Positions 46,870 through 56,412 of a stretch of 64,000 nucleotides of DNA are shown piece after piece. Under the pieces are notes generated by a model. That model was given only the letters and a program-made list of their open reading frames with translations, did no database searches and was not told the DNA's origin. The first letter of the stretch is position 1; the number at the start of each line of letters is the position of its first letter. Source of the DNA: a virus (taxonomy: Duplodnaviria; Caudoviricetes); the IMG/VR virus record IMGVR_UViG_3300028630_000010, positions 2,733-66,732 of that record. One strand, 5' to 3'. The position numbers and the translations under genes are program-made.

Positions 46870-47226
46870 TCACTTCCCCCCGTTCAGCACGGCCTCGATG
46901 ACTTGCGCAAGCTCCGTCTCTACCGCCGCGATCTGCGTGGCCGTCGGCTCCTTGCGCTCGTTGAGCCGGAAACTGTCGGCCCATTGCGCCAGACCTTTCG
47001 TCAAGATCGCCTTCAGCGCGGGCGTGTCGGCCTGACTCGCCTCCAACGCCTTGACCGCCTCGGCCCGCACCGCCTCGGCCACCGGCTGGACGTAGCACCA
47101 GTAGTCATCGACGATCTTGGTGTAGCTCACCTTGCTCCGCACCCATTGGGCCAGAGCGTTCAGCGCGACCACGATCAACGCGATCAACGCCGCCTGAACC
47201 TGCTCGTTCTGTAGTATGTCCGTCAT
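46870..47226 (-). CDS. putative holin (N-terminal TM, LL-H-like)
   Basis: AALIALIVVALNALAQW TM helix followed by an amphipathic tail. Confidence 0.5.
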   Translation of the reverse strand: MTDILQNEQVQAALIALIVVALNALAQWVRSKVSYTKIVDDYWCYVQPVAEAVRAEAVKALEASQADTPALKAILTKGLAQWADSFRLNERKEPTATQIAAVETELAQVIEAVLNGGK

Positions 47227-47384
47227 TTCATTTACCTCGTTTCTTTCTTATCTGTCTCAAAAACCGACGCGGCGGCGGGTCATATCATGTGTTTGCGTTT
47301 GTAGTCAGTTTTTGTCTTTGATTGTTTTCCGTCATCTCCGCCGCCGCGCCGTCCCTGCCCCGCACTCGCGGGAGGGAAATCAAA

Positions 47385-47645
47385 TCAAGTCAGATGCTTG
47401 CCTATCCATTCGAACAGCAGCCCCGCCGCAGCCGTGAGTATTGCGACGATCACAACCAGCTTTCCGCGCCCCTCCGCCTGCACGCGCTCGACCTCGCGTA
47501 TCCGGCGGAACAACTCAACCACGTCTTCGCGCGTGCGCTCGTGCTTCTCGGCCTTGCTGCATCCGTGCGCCTGTATGCCGTCGATCTTCCGCTCGATGTT
47601 TTCCAGCCGCTGCAAAATCAGGTCGGTGATTCGTTCGTCGCTCAT
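47385..47645 (-). CDS. coiled-coil protein with a C-terminal TM (XhlA/holin-like)
   Basis: LENIERKIDG coiled coil, then LVVIVAILTAAAGLLF. Confidence 0.55.
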   Translation of the reverse strand: MSDERITDLILQRLENIERKIDGIQAHGCSKAEKHERTREDVVELFRRIREVERVQAEGRGKLVVIVAILTAAAGLLFEWIGKHLT

Positions 47646-47905
47646 TTATCCTTACCCTTCTTTTTATCGGCTTTGGCTTTCCGCGCTTTATCCGCTATAT
47701 CGAACATCAATGGAAACTCGCGTGTTTCCTTCTTGCCGTCCTTATCCTTCTTCTCGGCCTTGATCTTGAACCGCTCCGCTGTCACGGCCTTGCCTGCCTC
47801 GGCTTGTTCCGACGGCTTGCCTGCCCGCGTCAACACGCTCGGCCAGTTTGTCTGCGCCGCCTGCGCCGTTGCCGAAAGGATGATTATGATCGCCAGCCAT
47901 TTCAT
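47642..47905 (-). CDS. small exported basic protein
   Basis: Signal peptide MKWLAIIIILSATAQA; Lys-rich tail. Confidence 0.55.
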   Translation of the reverse strand: MKWLAIIIILSATAQAAQTNWPSVLTRAGKPSEQAEAGKAVTAERFKIKAEKKDKDGKKETREFPLMFDIADKARKAKADKKKGKDK

Positions 47906-48783
47906 TGCGCCGCCTCCGTGACGTTGATGCCGTTCTTAAACTCGTTAGCGACCGCGCCGAAAACATGGTTCGTCGTCGCGCCCACCCAGATGTCGTCTCC
48001 GTCGTCGATCACCAGCGTACCCAGCAAATCAAACCCGTGCCCGCTGCCTTCCGGCGACCCGAACAGCGCCTCCCCGTTCCAGTCGCGAACGGAATTCGTG
48101 AACGCCACCGGCACTGCCACCCTGAACCAATAGCAGGTGTGACTTCCGGATTGCAGTTCGATCACTGTGGTATCGGGATAGCTGTTGGTCACCACCTCGG
48201 CGCTGTAGCGCACAACCCCTTGCGGTGTGGTCTGCGCATATTCGATCAGAATCACCGCCGGGCTTGTGGATGCGTTACTGTTGAACGCCACATAGTGATC
48301 CTCGTACAGCGTCCCCGCGATATTCGTGGGGATCACCGCCGCAGTCCAGCCCAGCACGTTCTGCCGCTCGTGGTGGGGCAGCCTGTCCGGCGCGTGCCAG
48401 TCGAACGATAGTGTCCACACCTCGTTGGAGTCGATGACGGTCTTTACCTGCGCTGCCAAGTCCGCCGTCGTCGCGATCGCCTGCTCTGCGTCGGACACGT
48501 CTCCCGACGCTACGGCCAGCGGCCAGGTCTGCGCGATCGGGTCGAAAAACAGCAGCCGGAACACCTGCGACACGCTGACGCCCTTGTCCGCGCCGGTGAT
48601 GGTGATGACCGCCAGCGCGAACAGTATCAGCAGTTTCCGCCCCAGCGTCTGCGAGACGAACTTGGCGAACGCCGCGCCGATCACACTGCGCCCGAACCAG
48701 AGCAGCACGGGAAGGAGCCACAGACCGATTACCAGCGCGACCTGCCAGTCGGGTATGGCTGTATGTTGCGGCACGTCCCACAT
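47902..48783 (-). CDS. membrane-anchored hypothetical protein (293 aa)
   Basis: Two N-terminal hydrophobic helices and a beta-rich C-terminal domain. Confidence 0.6.
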   Translation of the reverse strand: MWDVPQHTAIPDWQVALVIGLWLLPVLLWFGRSVIGAAFAKFVSQTLGRKLLILFALAVITITGADKGVSVSQVFRLLFFDPIAQTWPLAVASGDVSDAEQAIATTADLAAQVKTVIDSNEVWTLSFDWHAPDRLPHHERQNVLGWTAAVIPTNIAGTLYEDHYVAFNSNASTSPAVILIEYAQTTPQGVVRYSAEVVTNSYPDTTVIELQSGSHTCYWFRVAVPVAFTNSVRDWNGEALFGSPEGSGHGFDLLGTLVIDDGDDIWVGATTNHVFGAVANEFKNGINVTEAAQ

Positions 48784-48784
48784 A

Positions 48785-49492
48785 CTAAAAACCTCCCAGC
48801 GGTTCGGGCTCGACGAGGATGCCGCCCTTGAACAGTAGCTCGTCCGTCCCGTTGGTCACGGTGCCGGAATACCCCGTCTTGCCGTCCACGGTGATGCCGC
48901 CGAAAACCACCCACCAAAGCCCGCTGCCGCTCGCGCCGGAACTGTTGTCCACCACGCGGAAAAACGCGCTGCCGCTGTCAGGCCTGTCGAGCGTGAACTC
49001 ATAGGCTTTGACGGCGTTGGTCACGCCGGACGGGATGTCGGTCTCCTGCACACTAGCCGTGATGTTGCTCCACACGCCAGCCCCCAGTGCGGCTCGCCAG
49101 TCCAGCGCGGGCGGCACCAGCGGGGTCCGCCGCACCGTCGCCACGATCCGCACCTCCGTCGGCGTCAGGCTCACGCTCTGCACATTGATGGTCTGGTTGC
49201 TCGGGTCATACGGCACACCGCCGATGCTCTGCACGTACACCGTTGACGTGACCACGTAGTTTGTCGAGTAGAGCGTCACCGCGTCCGCACAGGACTGCGC
49301 AGTCTCAAGCGCGTTTGTCGCTGCGGCGTATACGGCCTCCGCCCTTTCCCCCACCGCGTCCACCTGCGCGGGCGTGGCGATGGTATTGGGCGGTATGGTC
49401 TGCGTTCCTGCCTCGTTGATCTGCACCACGTAGTTTGTCGTCGCCGCGAACGCCGCGCCCGACAGCATGATGATTGCGGATGTCAGTTTCAT
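48785..49492 (-). CDS. secreted-type hypothetical protein
   Basis: Signal peptide MKLTSAIIMLSGAAFA; ATGA overlap at 49492. Confidence 0.6.
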   Translation of the reverse strand: MKLTSAIIMLSGAAFAATTNYVVQINEAGTQTIPPNTIATPAQVDAVGERAEAVYAAATNALETAQSCADAVTLYSTNYVVTSTVYVQSIGGVPYDPSNQTINVQSVSLTPTEVRIVATVRRTPLVPPALDWRAALGAGVWSNITASVQETDIPSGVTNAVKAYEFTLDRPDSGSAFFRVVDNSSGASGSGLWWVVFGGITVDGKTGYSGTVTNGTDELLFKGGILVEPEPLGGF

Positions 49493-51579
49493 TCCCATAC
49501 TCCTATCGCCAGAATCACGTCGTTAGATGTCACCAGCCGGTAAGTCAAGTTTGTCGCCTGCGTCTGCGGCAATGCCAGCCAGCCGTGCGTTGACAGGTTC
49601 GTCGCCACGCCGTCCTGCACGTCCGCCTTGCCGCTCAAGTCCGGCTCCGGTATCGCGGCAATCGCCTGCGCCACATGCCCGGTCGTAGCCACAAGCTCGC
49701 CCGCCTGATAGATCGCGTCGGCGTACAGCGGCGGGCGCACGACCAGCGCACCGTTCCATGTGTCGCCCCAGCCTGTCGCCTGCGGGTTGGTCACGTAGAC
49801 GGTCGGCGGCGAAGTGATGCCATAAAAAACCTCTGTCGCTTCTGCCGGGGCGTTCCGGCCCATGCGGACGGCGGTAAGCGAGCCGCAATTGTAAAACGCC
49901 TTTGCTCCTATCGCTGTGACCTGTGGAATGGTAACAGAGGCCAGCTCGATGCAATAATCAAACGCGTAGTCTCCTATCGATGTAGCCTGCGGCAATGAAA
50001 CAGAGGCCAGCGAGGTGCAACCAGAAAACGCGTAGTTGCCTATCGCTGTAGCCTGCGGCAATGAAACAGAGGCCAGCGAGGTGCAACCAGAAAACGCGTA
50101 GTTGCCTATCGCTGTAGCCTGCGGCAATGAAACAGAGGCCAGCGAGGTGCAATAATTAAACGCGGTGCTGCCTATCATTGTTACCGTCTGCGGAGCAATC
50201 AGCGACACGATGCCGCTCTCCCGAAACGCGCTCGCCCCGATCGCCGTGACCGGAACGCCGCCGATGGCCCAAGGTATGACAACGTTCGTGCGGCCCGCCT
50301 CCCAGTTGAACTCCGTGATCGTCCCGGCCCCGTCGAAAACAAACCACTCCGCCGGACTCTCGACAATGTCAGGCGAACCGTAGTGGTACGTCCGCAGCGC
50401 GGCCAAATCTTGCTCATTTGTGAGTATTTGGTTGTTATTGAACAGCCAGTTGCCTCGAAGGACGTTGTTATTGCTGTCAATCCGTCCAAGTGTGAGATCA
50501 TTGACGTTACCGTAGATCATGGCCCGAGCCGGGTAATCGCTATCATCATTTCCGGAACTGTCAATGACCAAGAGGTTTTGCCCGCTCGCGCGGCGTCCCG
50601 CGTTCGCCCCTATGACCACTGAGTTGGTAAGGCCTGCCTGCTCGCCTGCCTGATACCCGATGGCTATCATATGTTCCGCGGCTGCTGTGCGACCCGCCTC
50701 GCGTCCGATGGCGATAGAGGTGAACGCGCCGAGAGATTTATCAAGTGCATCTTGTCCGATGGCGATAGAGCTCTGTCCTTTTCCCTCTTTAAATGCCGAG
50801 TTACCGATGGCGATATTATGCGTAAATGCCCAGATGCCTCCGGCCTGTTCGGCTGCGTTTTCGCCGATTGCTATGGTAGAGAGCTCTGTTCCCGGCATGA
50901 TGCCAGCGAGCGGCACGATCTCGCGTGCTGCGTCGCGGCCTATCGCAATAATGGTAGCTCCCGTGACGACGTTACCAGCGCGGTCGCCGATCAGAATGGA
51001 TTGGGTGGTGTTGGCGTTTGCGCCAGCGTCTGTCGATATAACGTTCTTCCCTGCGTCTATGGGAAGAAAGCGATCTGCTGCCAACGCCACTAAGTCTTGC
51101 TCAGCTGTTAACGCACCGATCTGCGCTGCCGTTACGCCGTGCGGGTTGTCAGTGCGGTTCGTGTGTACGGCAAGCGCCGCAGCGGCGACCTCGACCTGCT
51201 GCGTGGTGGCGTAGGGCGCGAGGTCTGCGGGCAGGAGATACCCGGCCAGCGCGTGGTCGCCCCAGCCATAAGCCGCATTCCATTTGTTCGTCTCTGGTTC
51301 GATTAGGTCCAGACGCGGCCCGGCCACCGGATCGGCCTCGGCAGTGAGCGCACCGACCTGCGCGGCAGTCACACCGTGCGGATTGTCGGTGCGGTTCGTG
51401 TGTACGGCGACCGCGCCTGAAATAGATGCCAGCCCTCCGGTAACAGACACGAGCTGCGGGCCGTAGTCGGTGACGCACACGAGATTCGTGTTGGTGAGAT
51501 CCTCAAGCTTCCGCATCGCCACCTGCCCCATCCCCGTCAGCGCCAGCATCGCCGCCGCAACCGTCAGAAAACGTTTCAT
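49489..51579 (-). CDS. tail fibre/adhesin with YadA-like head repeats and BspA-type LRRs
   Basis: Two HTNRTDNPHGVTAAQ(V/I)G repeats; repeated (S/I)IAIG-x-x-A; AIGNYAFSGCTSLASVSLP LRRs; N-terminal signal-like peptide. Confidence 0.75.
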   Translation of the reverse strand: MKRFLTVAAAMLALTGMGQVAMRKLEDLTNTNLVCVTDYGPQLVSVTGGLASISGAVAVHTNRTDNPHGVTAAQVGALTAEADPVAGPRLDLIEPETNKWNAAYGWGDHALAGYLLPADLAPYATTQQVEVAAAALAVHTNRTDNPHGVTAAQIGALTAEQDLVALAADRFLPIDAGKNVISTDAGANANTTQSILIGDRAGNVVTGATIIAIGRDAAREIVPLAGIMPGTELSTIAIGENAAEQAGGIWAFTHNIAIGNSAFKEGKGQSSIAIGQDALDKSLGAFTSIAIGREAGRTAAAEHMIAIGYQAGEQAGLTNSVVIGANAGRRASGQNLLVIDSSGNDDSDYPARAMIYGNVNDLTLGRIDSNNNVLRGNWLFNNNQILTNEQDLAALRTYHYGSPDIVESPAEWFVFDGAGTITEFNWEAGRTNVVIPWAIGGVPVTAIGASAFRESGIVSLIAPQTVTMIGSTAFNYCTSLASVSLPQATAIGNYAFSGCTSLASVSLPQATAIGNYAFSGCTSLASVSLPQATSIGDYAFDYCIELASVTIPQVTAIGAKAFYNCGSLTAVRMGRNAPAEATEVFYGITSPPTVYVTNPQATGWGDTWNGALVVRPPLYADAIYQAGELVATTGHVAQAIAAIPEPDLSGKADVQDGVATNLSTHGWLALPQTQATNLTYRLVTSNDVILAIGVWE
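49915..50178. repeat. 66-bp (22-aa) LRR tandem repeat, about 4 units
   Basis: Units 49981-50046 and 50047-50112 are identical; the flanking units are diverged. Confidence 0.85.
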
Positions 51580-52385
51580 GTCGCACTCCTTATCGTGTTC
51601 AGATACGTGACAATCGAGTTGAGCAGCGCCTTGATGTCCGGCAGCATGTAAACGGCCCCGATCTGCGTCAACTCCACTTTGTCCTGAATGATCGATTTCA
51701 ACGCCAGCGCCTCCTGCGCCGTCTCAAGCGCCGTTGTGGCGTTGGCCCCCGCCACATTCGCCGTGCCCTGCGCAAGGGCAGCCGCAGCAATCGCCCCCGC
51801 CACACCGCTTTCGATGGCGGGATGACAGCCGACATCATCGCGCCCCGTCAGATTATTGTGGGGAAATGACGATTCCCCCTCAACGGCGTCATTGTGCTGA
51901 TGCCCCTCGATACGTTCGGTCAGGTTGTCGATCTGCGTCTGAATCTGCGTTGAACCGGCAACGGGATCGAGAGGATTCTGAATCCAGTTCGACACCACAA
52001 TCGCCGCGCGGCCATAGAGGTTGTCGCTCGTGCCGCTCTCCAATCGAAGTTCACCCTCTCGGGTGTCTTGTGCGCAGGCATTCGCAAAGGCCGCTCGCAG
52101 ATTGGCGGTGGCGAGATTGAGGGTGCAGGTCGCGTTTGCCCCGGACGCCGCCCACGCATCCCCCGTATCAGCCGGAAAGCGTGCATACTCTCTGCGCCCG
52201 CAAGGGGAAGTGAGAATCAGCACAAGCCCCGATGGAATTACAGGGTTATCGGGGTCTGTGACATCGTTCACACCAACGACTGTCACGGCGACCCGCTCAT
52301 TCACAGCCACCGAGCCTACGGCTGTCATCCGCTTGCTGCCGTCGGATATGGGGGTGATCGTCAGTGATGTTGCCACAAGTGCCAT
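51576..52385 (-). CDS. putative fibre-attachment/adaptor protein
   Basis: Beta-rich N-terminal domain followed by the HNNLTGRDDVGCHPAI motif seen in fibre proteins. Confidence 0.5.
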   Translation of the reverse strand: MALVATSLTITPISDGSKRMTAVGSVAVNERVAVTVVGVNDVTDPDNPVIPSGLVLILTSPCGRREYARFPADTGDAWAASGANATCTLNLATANLRAAFANACAQDTREGELRLESGTSDNLYGRAAIVVSNWIQNPLDPVAGSTQIQTQIDNLTERIEGHQHNDAVEGESSFPHNNLTGRDDVGCHPAIESGVAGAIAAAALAQGTANVAGANATTALETAQEALALKSIIQDKVELTQIGAVYMLPDIKALLNSIVTYLNTIRSAT

Positions 52386-52386
52386 T

Positions 52387-53136
52387 TTACACCTCCGCCA
52401 GTCCGTCAAAAATCGTTCCGGTCATCGCCGCCGTGGGCCCGCCGTTCGACATCCTCATCGCCAAGGTGTCGCAGGCGTTCGTGAACCTGTCCCCATAGGC
52501 TGTACGCGCCACGGTCGGCCCCGTGAGAAGCAGATGCGCCGCCCCGTCCGCAATGACAGCCCCGTACTGCTGCACGATGGCGGAGGGGATCGACTCGCCC
52601 GTGAAGGCCAGCCCCAACGTAAAAACCACCGTGCCCTCGCTCCCTTGGCACGAACCCGCCATGACCGGCGCGATCGTGCAATCCTCCTGCTGATAGGGGT
52701 CGGGGATGACCGGGGGCAGCCCGCAGCCGGGCGCCGCTACAAGCACATAGCCCCCCTGCTCGATGAAATTGGCGATGCTGGGGGCGTAGACGTTGCCGAT
52801 GCGGGGCATGGGTATGCCGCAGGGGATAGGCGCCACACCGTCGCCCGGCGTGCCCTCCATCCGCTGCAGGCATATCCCTTCCATAAACGAATCGACACGG
52901 AGCACCATCGCGTGAAGGTATCCGTGCCGAAACCCGAACCAGCTATCTTGAACGTGTGCGCAGCGACGTGTCTCTTTCCAGACGCCTGTGCGGCGAAGAA
53001 ACTCCCTCGCCGCCTCACAGACCGCCTTGCGTATCTCCAGCTCATTCTTGCCGGGGGCGCGGTACACGACATCCTCGGTGACGGCTTTCAAGTCCGTCAC
53101 TTGCACCGGCTCCAGCGTGTAACCGCCCGTTGTCAT
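52387..53136 (-). CDS. head-tail adaptor-like protein
   Basis: EIRKAVCEAAREFLRRTGVW pattern typical of podovirus adaptors. Confidence 0.55.
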   Translation of the reverse strand: MTTGGYTLEPVQVTDLKAVTEDVVYRAPGKNELEIRKAVCEAAREFLRRTGVWKETRRCAHVQDSWFGFRHGYLHAMVLRVDSFMEGICLQRMEGTPGDGVAPIPCGIPMPRIGNVYAPSIANFIEQGGYVLVAAPGCGLPPVIPDPYQQEDCTIAPVMAGSCQGSEGTVVFTLGLAFTGESIPSAIVQQYGAVIADGAAHLLLTGPTVARTAYGDRFTNACDTLAMRMSNGGPTAAMTGTIFDGLAEV

Positions 53137-53165
53137 GTTTCCGCGCTCCTTTCATCGTGTACCGC

Positions 53166-53687
53166 TTACTTCGCCGCCTTGGGTGCGCCAGGGGTCTTCT
53201 CGGCACCCTCCGCCGCCTTGGCCTTAGCCATGATCGCCTTGATCAGATTGCCGCGCGTGGGGGCAAACGCCGGGTCTTTCATTTCCGGGCAGCCAATAGT
53301 GGCCGCAAGGATCGAAAGCTCCTCGGTCGTCTTGGCGCACAACTCGCGCCCGTCAAACGCCGCATCCGCAGTGGCCTTGCCGTCGTTCTCATCCGCCGTG
53401 CTGCCGGGGGCCGGGGGCGGTGGGGTCGTATCTTCCGGCAACGTCGCGGTGTTCGCGGGGGCGGTGGCGACCGGGCTCTCTTTGACCGCCTTATGGTTCT
53501 TCACAAGGATTTCGGGGGACTTGTTCACCGCAAAGAGGGCGGCTACATCCTCCACGCTGATTTTACCTTTGCAGACCAGCGCGTAAAGCTCGGAAGAAAC
53601 GACCTTGTCCCGCAGGGTGGCATCGACGAATGTCTGCTCCGTGACGGGGTTGATCTGGCGGTTTCGGGGATTGAAGACGTATTTCAT
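53166..53687 (-). CDS. hypothetical protein (173 aa)
   Basis: Pro-rich linker with a short helical C-terminal domain. Confidence 0.6.
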   Translation of the reverse strand: MKYVFNPRNRQINPVTEQTFVDATLRDKVVSSELYALVCKGKISVEDVAALFAVNKSPEILVKNHKAVKESPVATAPANTATLPEDTTPPPPAPGSTADENDGKATADAAFDGRELCAKTTEELSILAATIGCPEMKDPAFAPTRGNLIKAIMAKAKAAEGAEKTPGAPKAAK

Positions 53688-53709
53688 AGATAGCCTTTCG
53701 GTGGAATAC

Positions 53710-53733
53710 CCCCGGAGGTGTCACCCTCCGGGG
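53710..53733 (-). terminator. hairpin after the capsid-decoration gene (weak U-tract)
   Basis: 9-bp stem CCCCGGAGG/CCTCCGGGG. Confidence 0.4.
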
Positions 53734-53757
53734 ATGATTGAATCAATGCTTCTTCGG

Positions 53758-54360
53758 TTAGTAGCCCAGGCCGAAGTCGGTTATCTCCGTGGCGGTATTG
53801 CCGCCGTCGGAAATTTCATTCACCGTGTTGAACAGCGCCTTCAGCTCATCCACTTCGGGGATGTAATCCACGAAGAAGACCAGCATCAGCACGCCGCCCG
53901 TGATTGCCGTGGCAGCCGCCGCGTCCGCATTGTTGTCCAGCACCGCGCCGATAGTCAGGCTGAGGTTTTTCTTAGCCCCGGCAACGCCGGTCGAGCCATC
54001 GGAGAGCGACACATCCGTCCACTCCGCGCCAAGCGCCGGGCCGTTCACATCCGCCAGCGTCATGGACGCAAGCGTGGTGGAACCCGCCTTGAGCGTGATC
54101 GGCAGTGCGGAAATGCCATCTTCAGACAGAACCGTAATCGGTTTGACGATCTGCGCCGCCACCGTGCGGACAACACAGTTTGCCGGCAACGCGCCGATGC
54201 CGTCAACGATGTCCGTGTTCACCAGACCGGTAGCGGCCGGTGCGCCCACTTTGGCGAAATCGACAAAGAGGGTAAACGCCGAACGGCCGAAACGGCCCGT
54301 GGCGTTAACGCTGTCGGCAAAGCCGACCAGCTTATTGGGAGCAGTGTAGGTTGTAGCCAT
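53758..54360 (-). CDS. putative capsid decoration/cement protein
   Basis: Immediately after the major capsid gene; Ala/Gly/Thr-rich beta protein. Confidence 0.55.
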   Translation of the reverse strand: MATTYTAPNKLVGFADSVNATGRFGRSAFTLFVDFAKVGAPAATGLVNTDIVDGIGALPANCVVRTVAAQIVKPITVLSEDGISALPITLKAGSTTLASMTLADVNGPALGAEWTDVSLSDGSTGVAGAKKNLSLTIGAVLDNNADAAAATAITGGVLMLVFFVDYIPEVDELKALFNTVNEISDGGNTATEITDFGLGY

Positions 54361-54393
54361 GAAAGGGGCCTCCTTTAGACCCTGTTTGATCGG

Positions 54394-55539
54394 TTAGGCC
54401 GTCTGCGCGACATACTCGTCGAACGTGACATACGCCACGCCCAAGAAGTTCGGAAAGGCCGCGAAGAAATCGTAGTACCGCACATCGCGGTCCACGTCCA
54501 GCAGATTCTTCTGATCTTTGATCTGCCGGTCGCTGTCGGTGTAGGGCGGCGTCGCCATGACCGAGCGGTTCTGACCGAAGATGATCGGAATAACCTTCAC
54601 ACCCGCCGGGGCAAATCTCGCGCCGCCCGTGCCGTCCGTGACAAACGTCGGGAGCAGGTTGGTCTTGATCGCCCGGGTCCAGCCGCCGAGGTGCGTGGAG
54701 TTGAGCCACATCACATCGCCGAACAGCGAATTGCGCCTCTCGTCCTGGGCGGTCGCACTGATCGCCTTGTCGGAGAGCTTGCAATAGGTGTTCAGGAGGG
54801 CAGGGTAGTACACGAACGAGTCCGTGCTGCGCTGCTGGTCGAACAGGGTAGCGCCGGCCATAACCGTGTCGCCGCCGTCCCCGCCGATCTGTTCGGACAG
54901 GGCAACGTCCAGAGACGCCACAAAGTCCACAGCCAGCATCTTCGGGCCGGTCGCGCTGGACGCCGCCAACGCCGCCTGATCCTTGAACAGAATCACAGGC
55001 AGGGTCGGGGTGCCGAGCAGAACCTTACCGAGCAGACGCCCGCCGTACCCAAGATCAGGCCCGCCGCTGACGGCAACTGTCGCGCCCTTGTTGTAGGTAC
55101 CAGCGTTCTGGATGCAGAAGTCTAAATACTCCTTGAACCGGTTCTTGGCGAAGTCCTGCATGCCCGAGGCCAGAAACTCCCCGGTCAGATCCCAACGGGA
55201 CTCACGCCGCTGCTTGCGGGTCGTACCGATCTGGGTGTACTGCGCACGCTGGGGAATCCACTCCACGTCCTTCGACTCGGGGAACTGCGTGATCAGGTCA
55301 CGGCCCTGAATCATCGGGAGCGAGCGAACATACGCCTCCCACGTGAAGATGTAGCCAAGGCTGCCCGTCTTCGTGGGGGTCAGTTCGCCGGGGGGGTTAA
55401 CGGTGGTCACGTCCGTAAACGTGGCCTCGCGGAAAAGACGCATCAGCCGATCGGCAAAGACCGGAGGCGCCCAACCGCGCGAAGGAAGTCCGGCCGCTGC
55501 GTTAGCGCCGGCGCCTGTGCGTGTCGGAAAGAAAGCCAT
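54394..55539 (-). CDS. major capsid protein
   Basis: 381 aa, after portal and scaffold; N-terminal PPVFADRLMRLF pattern typical of HK97-fold coats. Confidence 0.75.
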   Translation of the reverse strand: MAFFPTRTGAGANAAAGLPSRGWAPPVFADRLMRLFREATFTDVTTVNPPGELTPTKTGSLGYIFTWEAYVRSLPMIQGRDLITQFPESKDVEWIPQRAQYTQIGTTRKQRRESRWDLTGEFLASGMQDFAKNRFKEYLDFCIQNAGTYNKGATVAVSGGPDLGYGGRLLGKVLLGTPTLPVILFKDQAALAASSATGPKMLAVDFVASLDVALSEQIGGDGGDTVMAGATLFDQQRSTDSFVYYPALLNTYCKLSDKAISATAQDERRNSLFGDVMWLNSTHLGGWTRAIKTNLLPTFVTDGTGGARFAPAGVKVIPIIFGQNRSVMATPPYTDSDRQIKDQKNLLDVDRDVRYYDFFAAFPNFLGVAYVTFDEYVAQTA

Positions 55540-55547
55540 AACTCACC

Positions 55548-56336
55548 TCATACGAGCCCGTATGCAGTGGCAGCCTGCTCCGCCTTCTCCTGTGCCGCTA
55601 TCCAGCGGCCATAGAGAGCGTCGGTCTGTTTGTTGAACTCCGCCTCCGTGATGGCGAGATTATCCAGTTGCCGCTTCAGGACAGCCTTGTCCCGCATGTA
55701 GTCGGCATCCGTATAATCGCACCTTACCGTCGGAGTGAAGCCGGGGACCGCGCTTGGCGAATACCCGCCACCCGCAACCAGCTCTTTGTTCTGTTGGATG
55801 AAACTGTAAACTGCGTCGGACACGGTTTCAACATCAGCCTCTGCCTGCCCCCGTTTTACCGAGGGGCGAGCCTCCAAGAACTTCGACCACGCTGCGGCGA
55901 GATCCCCGTCACGCAGACGGGACGCAAACCCCTGAAGGTTGTTGCCCGACAATTTCTCGTCAAGCTGCCCCCAGTACGCCCGCTCCAACTTTGCCTGCGC
56001 ATCGGCATTCGCCTGCTCATCGAACCGCTTGCCTATGGTGTCGAGTTTTCCCAACACCGGGGCGAGCATGCTCTTGAGTACGTTCACGCCGTCAGCTCCG
56101 AAAATCTGCTCGGCCTGTGGGTCGAACTGCGTAGAGGTCTGCTGCAACGCTGCAAGCTGCTTCTCCGCCTCGGCGCGTTGTGCGCGCTCTGCATCAAGCT
56201 CCTGCTGCGCCTCGGCGCGTTGTGCGCGCTCTGCATCAAGCTCCTGCTGCGCCTTCTGCAGCCGTCCCTGCTCGGAATCAAAAGCATGTGCCTTTTTCTT
56301 GAGCTCTGCCAGTTCTGTGTCTGATATTTCTGCCAT
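55548..56336 (-). CDS. capsid scaffolding protein
   Basis: Coiled-coil N-terminus; lies between portal and capsid. Confidence 0.65.
   Translation of the reverse strand: MAEISDTELAELKKKAHAFDSEQGRLQKAQQELDAERAQRAEAQQELDAERAQRAEAEKQLAALQQTSTQFDPQAEQIFGADGVNVLKSMLAPVLGKLDTIGKRFDEQANADAQAKLERAYWGQLDEKLSGNNLQGFASRLRDGDLAAAWSKFLEARPSVKRGQAEADVETVSDAVYSFIQQNKELVAGGGYSPSAVPGFTPTVRCDYTDADYMRDKAVLKRQLDNLAITEAEFNKQTDALYGRWIAAQEKAEQAATAYGLV
56166..56254. repeat. 42-bp perfect tandem duplication (14 aa)
   Basis: QQELDAERAQRAEA x2 in the scaffold protein. Confidence 0.85.
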
Positions 56337-56412
56337 AATCCTTCTCCGCGATAGCCTTACGGGTCACGTCCAGACACCACAGCGCGGCACCCGCCGGGCT
56401 GCTGCCTGAGTC

